DNA of 58,493 bases, filler included, from Squatina squatina (lineage: Eukaryota), in NCBI GenBank assembly GCA_031763465.1. It is 4 parts of 4 records of this genome, joined end to end, with 100 filler letters (N's around TTAATTAATTAA, not from the genome) between each part and the next. Parts side by side here need not be neighbours in the genome. Positions count along the whole stretch, not along the records: positions 1 to 17,164 come from JARFOE010000046.1; 3 more parts are not named here. One strand, given 5' to 3'. This document shows positions 1 through 12,023 of the stretch, in pieces. The position numbers and the translations under genes are program-made. The notes beneath the pieces were generated by a model that saw only the letters and a list, made by a program, of their open reading frames with translations, did no database searches and had not been told where the DNA came from. Positions within the stretch are counted from its first letter, which is position 1; each line of letters starts with the position of its first letter.

Positions 1-75
1 GAATATACATTATTAAACTAAAACCATTCTTATCTGCAACGATACAGTACATCTTTATCATTGGTATGTTCTCAC

Positions 76-428
76 CGTACGAAATTCTTCCTCAAATTTA
101 TAAGCACCCCCTCCAGTGGCACAAAGCACTGTGTGCAGTGTTGAAAAGTTCTTGTCTCTTCCCATCTGAATAAAGGTAGGTAGGTCGTGCGTAGGAAATC
201 GGATAAAATGTAGGTTTCCCTTACGGCCACAAAGCGTTAAGTCTTTGAGCTCAAGGTGCACATCTCGGATGCCTGTGGACCCATAGGCAACGTTTGACAC
301 TAAATACTTGCGAATACTTTTAAGGCTTTCTACCTCCTCCTCTTCCTCTTCAGCTGTAATATCAATTGGCTCGAAATAAACCAATTTCACCAGTGTTCCA
401 CCAATGTCCATTCCAAACCACGGGAATG
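76..428 (-). CDS. PANK3: Type II pantothenate kinase, internal coding exon (exon 2 equivalent), PANK3-like
   Basis: Acceptor ttctttgcag (G at 429) and donor gtgag (G at 75) bound a 353-bp exon (phase 1 start, phase 0 end). It encodes [42 protein letters not shown]...[47 protein letters not shown] and TGGGAYKF are PanK II motifs. [10 protein letters not shown] and [17 protein letters not shown] best fit recalled PANK3; the paralog call is less certain than the family call. Confidence 0.93.
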
Positions 429-1387
429 CTGCAAAGAAATGGCAAAATGTGTTAGATTGCAAAATCCAATAGATTCCAGAAAACCCCCCACACACAATGC
501 TGACCAGCTGGACAAATTTTGAGTAATGGTTTAAGAGAAAAAAGGAAGCACATTAAATCAATCCTTCAATAAGGCTTTTACATAACTATAGCATTAACAC
601 AAAATTGAATTTTATCAGTAAAACTGCAAATCTTTCAGCCGCTATTAAGCCTGGCACTGCTGTTACAAAGACTCCGTCTTTTACACTGTGCATACTTATG
701 AGGGATTGAAAATTTTATGCTCTTTATTCTCAACACTTCAGCCATTTTTAAAATCACACTGTACAGAACTCTACTCCGTGTCTATCATTGTTAAGAAATG
801 TAAAATTAGTGTCAGGAAAAGTGCTCACTTTTAAAAAATGCTACAAGTCTGATTCTTTTTCATGTCCTTCCTTTCCCCACAACTGCAATTTTCAATTCAA
901 GAATATTGATATTTACAATTGTTTTAGAATTCTTAAGCTCTCTCGTGTCCAACACTCAGCATTAAAAATGCACAAACTAGTTAACATGTTGAACAGAAAA
1001 TAGGCATGTTTTTGACAATGACACTCAGCATCCAAAGGGATGATCAGAGCATGAAGACAATACATAAAACCAAGGGACTGATGTGCTTCACTAGATGAGT
1101 TTGCAGTATACAGTTCAGTGAAGCAATTCAAAGTTTAATTACTGTACAATTACTGGGAGTGTGTGGAACATTGTGCAATTAAATATCTGGGCATGTAGTT
1201 AAAGTATACCTTACTCTCAACTGCACCTTTTGGATGGTAAAATGTTCATCCTCATCTGATCTCCATCACGTACAGCATTTTAAGATAACCAGCTGTGCAC
1301 ATTGCTTCAAGACCATAAAGGGGGCAATAAACTAATGCACTTTACTCTATGCTTTACTCATAGGTAAGCAAACAATATGAAAATTAG

Positions 1388-1941
1388 ATCAGGCTTTGGT
1401 GAGAGCATACCTGGAGTACTGTGTACAGTTTTGGTCTCCTTACATAAGGAAAGATATACTTGCCTTAGAACGGGTGCAACAAAAGGTTCACTGGGATGAG
1501 AGGGTTGTCCTATGAGGAGAGGTGGAGTAGAATGGGCCAATACTCTCTGGAGTTTAGAAAGACGAGAGGTGGTTGAGCCATATAAAATTCTGAGAGGATT
1601 TGACAGGGGTGCTGAGATGTTTCCCCTTGGCTGGAGAGTCTAGAACTAGGGGTCATAGTCTCAGGATAAGGGGTTGGCCATTTAGGACTGAGATGAGGCG
1701 AAATTTCTTCACTCATAGGGTTGTGAATTCTCTACCCCAGAGGGCTGTGGAGGCTCACTCATTGAGTATATTCAAGAGAGAGATCAATAGATTTTTGGAT
1801 ATTAAGAGAATCAAGGAATATGGGGATAGTGCAGGAAAATGGTGTTGAGGTAGAAGATCAGCCATGATCTTATTGAATGGTGGAGCAGGCTCGAGGGGCT
1901 GAATGGTCTACTCCTGCTCCTATTTCTTATGGTCTTATGTT
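1388..1941 (+). mobile_element. CR1-type LINE, 3' end (5'-truncated)
   Basis: Decayed ORF2 C-terminus ([10 protein letters not shown]; FPLAGESRTRGHSLRIRGWPFRTEMRRNFFTHRVVNSLPQRAVEA) followed by a CR1 3' UTR ending in ttcttatggtcttatgtt. Confidence 0.9.
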
Positions 1942-2113
1942 CAAACAATTTAGAGTGCCAAACAATCTCAGCGGTCCAAGAGGTGAAAAGTCTTCTGTTA
2001 ACAAAATCATAAAATCAAAATCTGGCCAAATCTCGACAAAGTCTGTTCGCATGTGAACCTTTCACCACTTCAGTGACCATGCAGCAAGTTCTTCATTACC
2101 TGAGCTAAAGATC

Positions 2114-2300
2114 CTCGATCTCTTGAATGATCAGGAGTCAACTACTCAATCTCCTGAGATATTAGGTGTCAACCTCTCAATCTCCTGAGATATTAGGGTT
2201 CAACTTCTCAATCTCCTGAGATATTAGGGTTCAACTTCTCAATCTCTTCAGTGACTAAGGGTCAACTTCTCAATCTTCTCAATGACCAGAGTGAACTTCG
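2114..2300. repeat. 31-bp minisatellite, about 6 copies
   Basis: Unit CTCAATCTCCTGAGATATTAGGGTTCAACTT; central copies near-identical, flanking copies degenerate. Confidence 0.85.
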
Positions 2301-2368
2301 TAAGTCTTCCTTAAGCATTAGGTTGGACTATTTTCATGCTGTGAAAGATAAATTACCTCACAGTTTTA

Positions 2369-2507
2369 GGGGGTGAATCTCTATGGTGATTCTGCCGCTT
2401 GTCAGCTGTAGATGAATGGCGTACATAGCATTTTTCTGGAGCTTCCGCAGTTATTCCGCCAAAATTATAGCGGGTGAGCAGGAAAACCACATCGGAAAGT
2501 CGCCCCC
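2369..2507. mobile_element. Harbinger/Tourist-like MITE (139 bp)
   Basis: Imperfect TIRs GGGGGTGAATCTC... / ...GGAAAGTCGCCCCC, flanked by TTA on both sides (2366-2368, 2508-2510). Confidence 0.7.
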
Positions 2508-3854
2508 TTAGTGTTTAGACTGTCAACATGTCCAGGAATTTCCAAGCTCCCTGAGCCAGCAATTATATAATAATATATAATATAATTACTCAGGGGTTCA
2601 ACTAAATTTTACACTTAAAATAAACAATTTTAAATAAGATTTAAAACATTTTAAAGACTTTACTTCTGCTTACCCTGTTGGTTGGCGCCATGCCAATATG
2701 TAATAATGACTCGATTAATTATGCAGCAATCTTTTGCAATTAGAGTGCTACAGACTACAGCTGTGTGCTTAATAGGATAAAATCCATTCATGTACAGATA
2801 TACTCCATTGTAGATGCAGTAAGTGGGTGAAAACAGGAATCTACACGTTGAGAAGCTAATTGGCAAACAAATAGGACTCTTCCTTTTACTTCAATGTGAA
2901 TGAATGTTTCCGAGTAAAGTTTATTCTCTTTTGCACAGGCATTCCGTACGTACACATTGTAATTTTATTAGACATTAAATACTATGATATATGATGCCAA
3001 TGCTTTTAGTGGAATGCAAACAAAATCTTTGCATTGGAATTACAAAGATTAGCATAGGCATGCTTAATGTGGTTGTATTAAATTCCCTACTTCACTGTCT
3101 TAATGAAGGNNNNNNNNNNNNNNNNNNNNNNNNNNNNNNNNNNNNNNNNNNNNNNNNNNNNNNNNNNNNNNNNNNNNNNNNNNNNNNNNNNNNNNNNNNN
3201 NNNNNNNNNGTATTATATACAGGATACACTGCAATAACTCACCAAGCTAACTTCAGCAGCATCCCCCAGCTCTGTGACCTGTACCACCAAAAAGGACAAG
3301 AGCTGCAACTTCATAGGAACACCATCACCTCCAGGCTGGTCCTGCAAATCACACGCCATCTTGATTTGGATATATACCTTGTTCTCTCATTGTCACTTTT
3401 CCAGCGTCCTCTAAATTGATCACTTTACTGCAGGTCCAACAGGGGAGATGTCTTGACACCCTTGGTAATAAATTAGCAGTTGAAAGGGACAAGTTACAGT
3501 AATGAGACAGAAATACATATTTACCCAGACCTCCTCACAGGAAAGATCAGTAATATCAAGTTGTCTGTTGCATATTAGAGCTCAGGTCATGCAAAAAGCA
3601 AATATCGTACTACGTAAAACTGAGAGAATGTGTTTGGCCATCTGGACCACTAGTGAGCTTTTTCTGCAACACTCCTCTTGCCTTAAATAAGTAACATAAT
3701 CACTACCTTTGCTCCATTCATTAACTTCTCACGAAGTATTTGCTGTTCTTAGTGATTTAGGTGCGGCTGGATTCTTTAATTCAATCGTGCATGCTACACC
3801 AGGGTTCAGACTTGCCATTATTTTCTGTTTTAATTTCAGATGCGCTGGGAATCA

Positions 3855-4175
3855 GAGGAGGCAGTATAAACCAAATTGTACAATTTTAAAGGGGACGCAG
3901 GAACAGAGAAACTTGGGGGTTCACATACACAACATTTTGAAGCAGGACAAGTTGATAATGCATATGGGATTGTTGGCTACATAAATAAAGGACAAAAGCA
4001 AGGAAGCTATGCTAAACCTTTATAAAACACTGGTTAGGCCCCAGTTGGAGTGTTGTGTCCTATTCTGGGCGCCACACATTAGAAAGGATGTCAAGGTCTT
4101 AGAGAGGGTGCAGAAGATATTTATTTACTAGAATAGTGCCAGAGATGAAGGACTTCAGTTATATGGAGAGACTAG
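3855..4175 (+). mobile_element. CR1 LINE ORF2 fragment
   Basis: Degenerate EQRNLGVHIH and LYKTLVRPQLECCVLFWAPH segments. Confidence 0.8.
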
Positions 4176-4869
4176 AGCAGTGGTCAACTTGCGCCGTCAA
4201 GGGGNNNNNNNNNNNNNNNNNNNNNNNNNNNNNNNNNNNNNNNNNNNNNNNNNNNNNNNNNNNNNNNNNNNNNNNNNNNNNNNNNNNNNNNNNNNNNNNN
4301 NNNNGTACCCTTGTGACCTCCTGAACCAATGACCATCTCGATACCAGAAAGCAAGCTGGGCCAGACTGTCCTGGCAGCTACTACCTTGTTGCGGTCTGAA
4401 GCTGAGCCTTTTCAGACCCGAGTCCCTGGTTTTAGGGGAATCTTGCAATCGGAGTGAATCCCATAGCCCTATCCAAGCGCTTCTAGATGTCCATAGGGAA
4501 AGTGATACATCTGTTTGATCTAGGAAGCAAAATATCAGTCAAAGCATGGACTGTAGACTGACTTTGTTGTGGATATCCCTTGTGGTAGCCTGGAAGCAGC
4601 CAGAAGCAAAGGGCTGCAGTAGCAGTTGGCTGCAAGTCATTTTGCGAGATGTGGCACAACTCTTGACTAACTCTCTGGAGAAGCAAGGCTTTCCTGTGCA
4701 TCATTCCTCAAAGAACTGCGGATTCGTTGCTCTGAGCCTACAAACTCTTTTGAGAAGGTGAAGATTTCTCCAATCATACATCCTCCTGTGATCTCTCCTT
4801 TCAGCTGCAGCTCTGTTTAGTCTTTGAAAGAGCTGATCAAGTTAGCTTTCCCCGCAACCCTGCAAATTA

Positions 4870-5153
4870 GTCCTCTTCAAATACATGTCCAGTTGCCTTT
4901 TGAAAGTTTCTATGGAATCTGATTCCACCACCCTTTCAGGTTGTGCTTTCCAGATCATAACAACCCTCTGTGTGAACAAAATCTCATTTCCCTCTCGTAC
5001 TTTTGCCAATTATTTAAAATTGGTAACCTCTGGTGACTGACACACTTGCCAGAGGAAACAGTTTCACTAATTGCTCTATCAAAAACCCCAAATATCTCTA
5101 TAAGGTCTCCCTTAACCTTCTGTACTCTGAGGAGAACAACCCCAGCTTCTCCA
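4870..5153 (-). mobile_element. CR1 LINE 3' fragment
   Basis: Reverse strand reads EKLGLFSSEYRRLR and a degenerate FTQRVV..W region, similar to the CR1 copies at 1388 and 56880. Confidence 0.75.
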
Positions 5154-6529
5154 NNNNNNNNNNNNNNNNNNNNNNNNNNNNNNNNNNNNNNNNNNNNNNN
5201 NNNNNNNNNNNNNNNNNNNNNNNNNNNNNNNNNNNNNNNNNNNNNNNNNNNNNTGTGGGACTCATCAACTGGAAATACACAGCATGTAAAGAGAGAAGAC
5301 AGAGTAATATCTTTGTTTCCTTTAATCTCTTTAGATTGGCTTTGCTACATAACAATCATATATGTTCCAATAAATTGCCCTGGAAGTTGCACTGGGAATG
5401 CTGAGCCATCTTGCAGGGGGCTTTGGAGTCTTGAGTTACAATTAGCTATCAAATCTTGCTAATCAAACCAAGTTTTCAACATGTTCTCAAAACCTTATTG
5501 TGATCCTTCATCCAACTGTTCAACAGAATATTATTTTCAGTTTTATATTGAGCCACATGCTGCACTGGTATGTTTTTGCCCTGATAGATGGATAAAGAAG
5601 GGGTGACATTTATTGCAGTAATAAGATGAATTCAGTGTTCTGCTTTGCATATCTAACTAAAAATGACATGGGTGTGAATGGTCTGGAAAGCTTGTTCTCG
5701 TATGGATCCATTAAATGATCTATTACAAAGGTCAGGAACTGGCACATTAATATTGCAGCCGGCTGGAATTATCTTATGGTAGAATGCTTCTGCTCAGACA
5801 GTAATTTCAATGCTGATGTGCTGTGTTCTTCAACCCTATTCCATTATGCATGACTTATTTTTGCTTTCTTTCCATTTTTCTCTGGGATTTTGTTTAGAGA
5901 GGAAGTACACATTATTATTTAACAATGTGACAAGGTTTTTAGCTTTTCTGGAATTTGTATTCATCTATTCCGTGCTCCCAGCACATCTTGTTTGTTCCCG
6001 TGGCATGGACTTGTTGCACAAATGCACTGTGATGCTGAACAGCAGCACACCGCTTCACATCTGTGACTTTCTGCATTGCAATTTACAAGTTCAGACGGGC
6101 AGTCATGGGGAGGAACTGAGCAAGAGGTGAGGCGCTTTCCCACAAATGAGAACAAGATAACCTGAAATTCCTGGTTAGAATGTGGAACTTGCTATCACAT
6201 GGAGTAGTTGATGCCTTTATGGGGAAGCTTGATAAATACACGAGGGAGAAAGGAACTGAGGATATGCAGATAGGGTTGGATGAAATAGGGATGAATTCTG
6301 TGCTCTACATTCTATGTAATTCCCTTGCAAACCTCCAGCTGCTGGCTACACTGTAGCTTTTGCAGAAGCTTCGAAGGTCATCTATCCCACCGTGTTGCTA
6401 AAGGAATGGCACATGCAGATTGAAAGTGAGAGCCTGAAAAAATAGCAAAACTAAGATTTCAATAAACAATCTGAGCATTGTTCTCCAGGGAATGGGAATC
6501 TGCTAAATAATAATGAGAAAAACGTACTT

Positions 6530-7251
6530 AATTTGTTACCGCCGGCACTGGCATTTTAATCGATCCGGGGCACTTTATTTCGCACCGACACCAGAGCAAC
6601 AGTCTCCAACCCGGAATTCGGGTCTCTGAACTTTTTCTGGGTTAGCGCAACGTACGCACTAACCCAGTGCTGTAGGGGCGCTGACACATTGTCATGGACC
6701 TAGCGTCCGCAATGTGGCGCATGTTGCTGAGGCTGTACCCTGCCGTCTGCCACGACCCCACCCCCGAGTTAAAGGGGAAGGCCACTGGCCAATGCCACAG
6801 AGCCCCAGTGGCTGCCACTGGGCCACCAGGGAAGCCAGTGACCGAGCCACCATGCCGGCACCCCAGTGAGCGTGCCGGCAAACATAACGACAGCCCGGCT
6901 GGGGGAACGGCTGCCATAAATCAGCCGACAGGAGAGTTGGCTGATCAAAAAAAATGGTGGCTGCTTGCGCTACCGCCCTCCCCTTTTAAGCGTCAGAGGT
7001 AATCATTGTCAAGGACACCTGCCTCACTAGTGACACGCGGACCAATTCTGGCCATGGGTTGCTAATGAAGCTAAAAGGGGTCACTAGCAACACTATGGGG
7101 TTAGCGTGTGATGTGGTGATGTTACGCATTGACTAGTGCTTGATTTTGCAGCCCCAGCGCCTAGGCCTTTGTACTGTGGGGGCACCGATGGTTTTACACC
7201 AAAAAACTTCGAGGCGCAAACAGGGCACAAAACACGACCAATTAGGCCCCC
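6530..7251. mobile_element. GC-rich non-autonomous Harbinger-like element (left end uncertain)
   Basis: GC-rich island ending in CCAATTAGGCCCCC followed by TTA. This terminus resembles the reverse complement of 16803 (TTA GGGGGTCCCAATCGTTTTGTGCC) and the GAATTGGCCCCC end at 48527. Confidence 0.5.
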
Positions 7252-7740
7252 TTAGTTTTATGTCTTTATGACTGCCAGCTTTATGATTGATGGCTTTCCT
7301 GTAACTAGGTGCTTTTCTCTGGTGTTGGAGTTGGAAATGACTTGAGATGATTCANNNNNNNNNNNNNNNNNNNNNNNNNNNNNNNNNNNNNNNNNNNNNN
7401 NNNNNNNNNNNNNNNNNNNNNNNNNNNNNNNNNNNNNNNNNNNNNNNNNNNNNNTTCTATGATTTTGTAACAAAATCCATGGTAGTGAATAATTACAGCA
7501 GTGGCCAGGTGCATTGCAGTGTCATCGGGTTTAGTAACTAGGAATGATGCAAAGTGACATGTGGACCAGCAACAGTGACAGTTCACAGCAGGCATAGAAA
7601 ACTAAACACTGTGATGCGAACCAGCAGCAATTTACTTAGAAGGGTGATAAATTTTAGCAGTTGCTTTGATCTTTGATTGCTATCGCTTTGTCTTGCTGTT
7701 AAGAAGTCCCAACTGAAAGATTCAGCCTGTGTGATGTTTG

Positions 7741-8585
7741 CATTCTTCTGGTGTTAAGTTACAAAGATAAGAAGTCATCTCATTGAATTCTCCTTGAGAT
7801 GGCAGTGTTAAAAATAATCTATGCAGCTGGACAAACATCTGTTGACTTAATTTATCAGAGCAGTTCCCTGTAAATGTCACCAAATATTTTTTCTGATTTA
7901 TATTTAAGAGCAATTATTCCTCATAGCATCTGTGATGAAAATATTCTCATTGTTAAAGGTTAATTCAAAAATGTGAGATTCTTTGTGCGTACGTCACTGA
8001 AGTTTGTCTTTGTCGCTTCATTGCCAATCCTAAAGCTAGAAACCAGGGTTGAAGAATAGAGGTCGGTGGCATGTGGCACTCTCATTGCAAAAACTTACAT
8101 ATGTTCCTTATGCATAGCAATTTGAAATGTATTTAATAAGTTGCGCAGGCAGTTGGATTTGTAAGACATCTTCCACTGTTTCTTTCGCAGGATCTTTTTT
8201 TAATATCAAGTAACTTGGATAACGGACTAAGATTTATATTGCATGATGGCACCAAAGAGAAAATAGGATAATTAGAGTGGTACTGTTTTGATGACATCAC
8301 GTTTGCCGATCGTCAATTGTAGGAGGAAGGGAAGAATGAGGCTGTAAGTACAAAAATGACACATTCTTGAATTAACCTTTAAAGACATGAATATCTTCAT
8401 TAAAGATGGCAAGAGGAATAACTGCACTTAAATATACATCAGAAAAGATTTGGCAGTGAGGAGCTGCTCATGTAATTAAGTCAACAGATGTTTGTTGAGC
8501 TGCGTAGATGTTTTTAAAGAATATCTGAAGGAGAACTCAATGAGATATTATCTTACCTGTGTAACTTAGCGTTAGCAGGGGTGCG
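7741..8585. repeat. Long imperfect inverted repeat (arms ~7741-7995 and ~8341-8585, spacer ~350 bp)
   Basis: The left arm aligns collinearly with the reverse complement of the right arm. Examples: ACAAACATCTGTTGACTTAATT exact; ATCTCATTGAaTTCTCCTT vs ATCTCATTGAgTTCTCCTT; TTAAAGGTTAATTCAAaAATGTG vs TTAAAGGTTAATTCAAgAATGTG. Confidence 0.9.
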
Positions 8586-8934
8586 GGAAGAATTAATCTG
8601 GTTGCATTGTGCAGTGACATCGTAAATGCATTCAAAAGCAACGTGTTTATGATTTCATTACACTGAGACCTGAGCAATTCCTTCTCCTCCCTGCCAAAAC
8701 AGAAGAATGAAATAACATAAAATATGTGTCTCAGAAAATATGGTTGAAAAACAGCCATTATCACTGGAAATATTTGAGACAGGAACTTCTGTCCAGACTA
8801 ACCTCTTCACTTCTGAAGAATAAGGAGAATTCTATTCATGGATAGAAGCACTAAATAGGTGTACGTCATGACCTATGGAAAAATTTGAGCCGTAAATAAA
8901 AAGGCTATTCTGTGCTGTCTAGCACTGAAAAGGG

Positions 8935-9118
8935 CTGCTTGTAACCTCGATATCCTGTTCAATCCTGAGCTGAACTTCTGACCCCCATATGCTCACCAGC
9001 ACAAAGACTGCCACTGTAAATCTCATCTATTTCTTTGTCACTTCCAGACTAGATTATTTCAATGCTCTCTACGCTGGCCTCCCATCTTCCATCCTCTGTA
9101 AACCTCAGCTCCTCCAAA
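8935..9118 (+). mobile_element. L2-type LINE ORF2 fragment
   Basis: LIYFFVTSRLDYFNALYAGLPSSILCKPQLLQ matches the L2 motif LIHAFVTSRLDYSNALLAGLP. Confidence 0.75.
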
Positions 9119-10900
9119 GGAGGAGGAGGAAGAGAAGGAGGTTCTCCAGCATTCTGCTCTTTGAATCCAGCTGAGAAGGTGTTCTGTAGACAGTCCATAG
9201 ATGTGGTGGAAGGACAACGGGTCCAATGCTAAATATAACGAATGCAAATGATTATGAAATGCCTGAAATGTTCAGATCAGTTAAATAGACAATATTTTAC
9301 ATTTATTAGTCTGATATTGGTGTAAAATGCAGGTTGTAAGTCTTGCACACATTCCAACATATAACATAATTTGGAGCCACTTTGTCATTGGTGCAATAAT
9401 CTGTATGTTTGTAGTGTCCTGGAAAGGGTTTCTAAATGTTAGAAACACAGCAAAGCAGCTGAATGTCCAATATCTTCCAGGAATGATTGGTAGGATTGTT
9501 TTTTCTGTGGCCATTAACAGAATGTGACTAGTATCTGTCCAGCTACTATGAATGCTCACCACATCCATTATAATATAATTTTACACTATTGCCACTAAGT
9601 TGACCTGTCCAATGGAACATGAAATGCAATAATTCAAATTAAGCAGCTTAACAATTGTAACACGCCCTCTTGAACTTTGCTAATGACTGTGATTCATGTT
9701 CCACTGNNNNNNNNNNNNNNNNNNNNNNNNNNNNNNNNNNNNNNNNNNNNNNNNNNNNNNNNNNNNNNNNNNNNNNNNNNNNNNNNNNNNNNNNNNNNNN
9801 NNNNNNAGAATTTTCAAGATGGCAGCCAATTTCGTCTTTAAGAAATGAGCAACAGATCACGAGTTATTAGGAAGTAGTAGTAGAGCTCCTCGTAGGCATA
9901 ACAGTTTCTGTCAAAATTAAAAACAAAACCAAGACATTTGAAACAGATATTTAAAAGCCTTTGAGAGTTGCATATGCAATGTTATTCTATCCATTTGTGA
10001 TCTGGTCATAACTTGCTTGAATGGTTCATTCGTGGGACAAAAAACAGTTTTATTGCCATGGATCCCTTTTGATCATCCTGCAAATGCTGCCAGGTTTTAT
10101 ATAGTATAGTGATTAACATTAATCAGTTATTGTGTCTGGCTCCCAATGTTCAGTTTGGGTTGACCCAAACTGATCCTATAGCCTATTTAAAATTACTACA
10201 CCTTCCATCTGTTCACTGATGAGAATAAATTGATTCCTGTATGCCCTGCGCCTCAATATACACTGCAGCTGTTGCTGCCCTCATTATAATGCCCCGTGAA
10301 AGCTGAGCTCGTTTCATTCCCCACCGAGTGCCCTGAGCAAGAAGTCATTTGCCAAGAGTGGCTAATTAAAAATGTAAAACTATTATCTGTGCCTGCTTGT
10401 TTGCTTCAGCAAGTTGGTGGTGATTGGCATTTACTGTTCTATTTGAAGTACCCAGGCTGTTTGCTGTCTTTCACTGAATAATAGAAATGCCCATGAACAT
10501 TGTCAATTACATAGACTACTGGTTTCAGTTTCCTGAGTGTTGTGCACACAGTATCATTTAATGTAGATGTAAAGTAATAAGTATTATAGCCATAACAATA
10601 GTTCTCTTCATACATGATTTTTGGCATGTTAACATCATGAAGGTTGGATATTATATGTTGTGGCTTTCTTCATTGTCACAAATAATGCCAATCACAGCTG
10701 TTAATGATTGTCACCTTGATTCAACTGGGCCTTTAGTCCCTGTGAACTGGAACATCTCCCCGACGTGCAGCGCTTCCATTACAAGTATGGCTGAAAGCTG
10801 NNNNNNNNNNNNNNNNNNNNNNNNNNNNNNNNNNNNNNNNNNNNNNNNNNNNNNNNNNNNNNNNNNNNNNNNNNNNNNNNNNNNNNNNNNNNNNNNNNNN

Positions 10901-10970
10901 TAGGCTCTTCTACTGAGAGGGCAGACGGGACCTCGATCTAACGTCTCATCCGAAAGACGGCACCTCCGAC
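10901..10970 (-). mobile_element. Deu-domain SINE fragment
   Basis: Reverse complement matches the SINE core at 24050-24105 (GGAGGTGCCGTCTTTCGGATGAGACGTTA...CCGTCTGCCCTCTCAG). Confidence 0.75.
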
Positions 10971-11794
10971 TAAAAGATTTCACTAAAAGAAACAGACCGC
11001 GCAGAACAAAGAGCAGCTTCCAGGAAGAATTGTAGCAGATTCCAAGGAATCATACCTCAGGAAGAAAACATGACCTTCAGAAGACCAAGGAAGACCAAGG
11101 GAGAAGATTGGATGGGAAAACAAGTACAGCTAGACTACTGCCCCCTTATTGCTTCCTGACCATAAATCTTAGATCCAATTCCACAAAAGCTATTTTACTA
11201 ATCATTACTGCTTTGTAGAATTGTTTTACAGAGCGGAGAAATCTAATTCAGAAACATTATTTGTAAAAATAACCACTGAAGATATTTCTGACAGCCTCAT
11301 TGTTACTCATTATCGATGATTAAAAGTCCCAACTTTATTCAAAATTGTTTTATTGAGTCCTGAACCTTAGACAACAGCTCTCAGAATTTATTGCTACTGA
11401 ACATTAGACATTTTAAAGTGATGTGTAGACAAGCTATTCTCCAATACCTAAAATTAATTTATCTTAATCTGTAAGTGCTGTTACAGAATCAATCAATGTA
11501 ATGTGTAATCTGGCTCTGGTAATGTTCCAATACTCCTACTAAACACTCAGTTTTGGTATTGAATAAATGGCAAATGATTCAGAATTGTAATAAAACCCAC
11601 AGAGATCTGGGGAATCATTAAAAGAAAGTACATTGTAAACCACTTTTTACATAGAGAGTGATGCAATATTAGCTTAATGAATTATCACCATACTTTGTCT
11701 TAAACTTATATAAATGTCCTGGCAGCACTTTAGAGGCTTAACATTAAAAGACTTGCTAAGAAGTGTTTCATATGTTTCTTACGATGAGCCGGGG

Positions 11795-12023
11795 GTTATC
11801 ATAACACAAGATAACATAATAGCAGTAGAAAAAAAGGATGTAACCAGCAGTGAGATAGATAGAGAATCCATATGGATTAAGTTGAAAGGTGAGAAGGGAT
11901 CCATCACCCGAACAGGCATATACTATAGACCACCAAAGAGTGGAAGGGAATTGGAGGAGGAAACATGCAGGCAAATCAACAAGGTGTGTAGCAGGCATAG
12001 AGTAATAATCATGGGGGATTTCA
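11795..12023 (+). mobile_element. CR1 LINE apurinic-endonuclease fragment
   Basis: ESIWIKLKGEKGSITRTGIYYRPP...VIIMGDF (APE domain motifs). Confidence 0.85.

Noticed and set aside
58-495. ORF-track 145-aa protein as a complete single-exon gene
   Set aside because: Only 76-428 is bounded by splice sites and homologous to PanK; the flanks are intron read-through.
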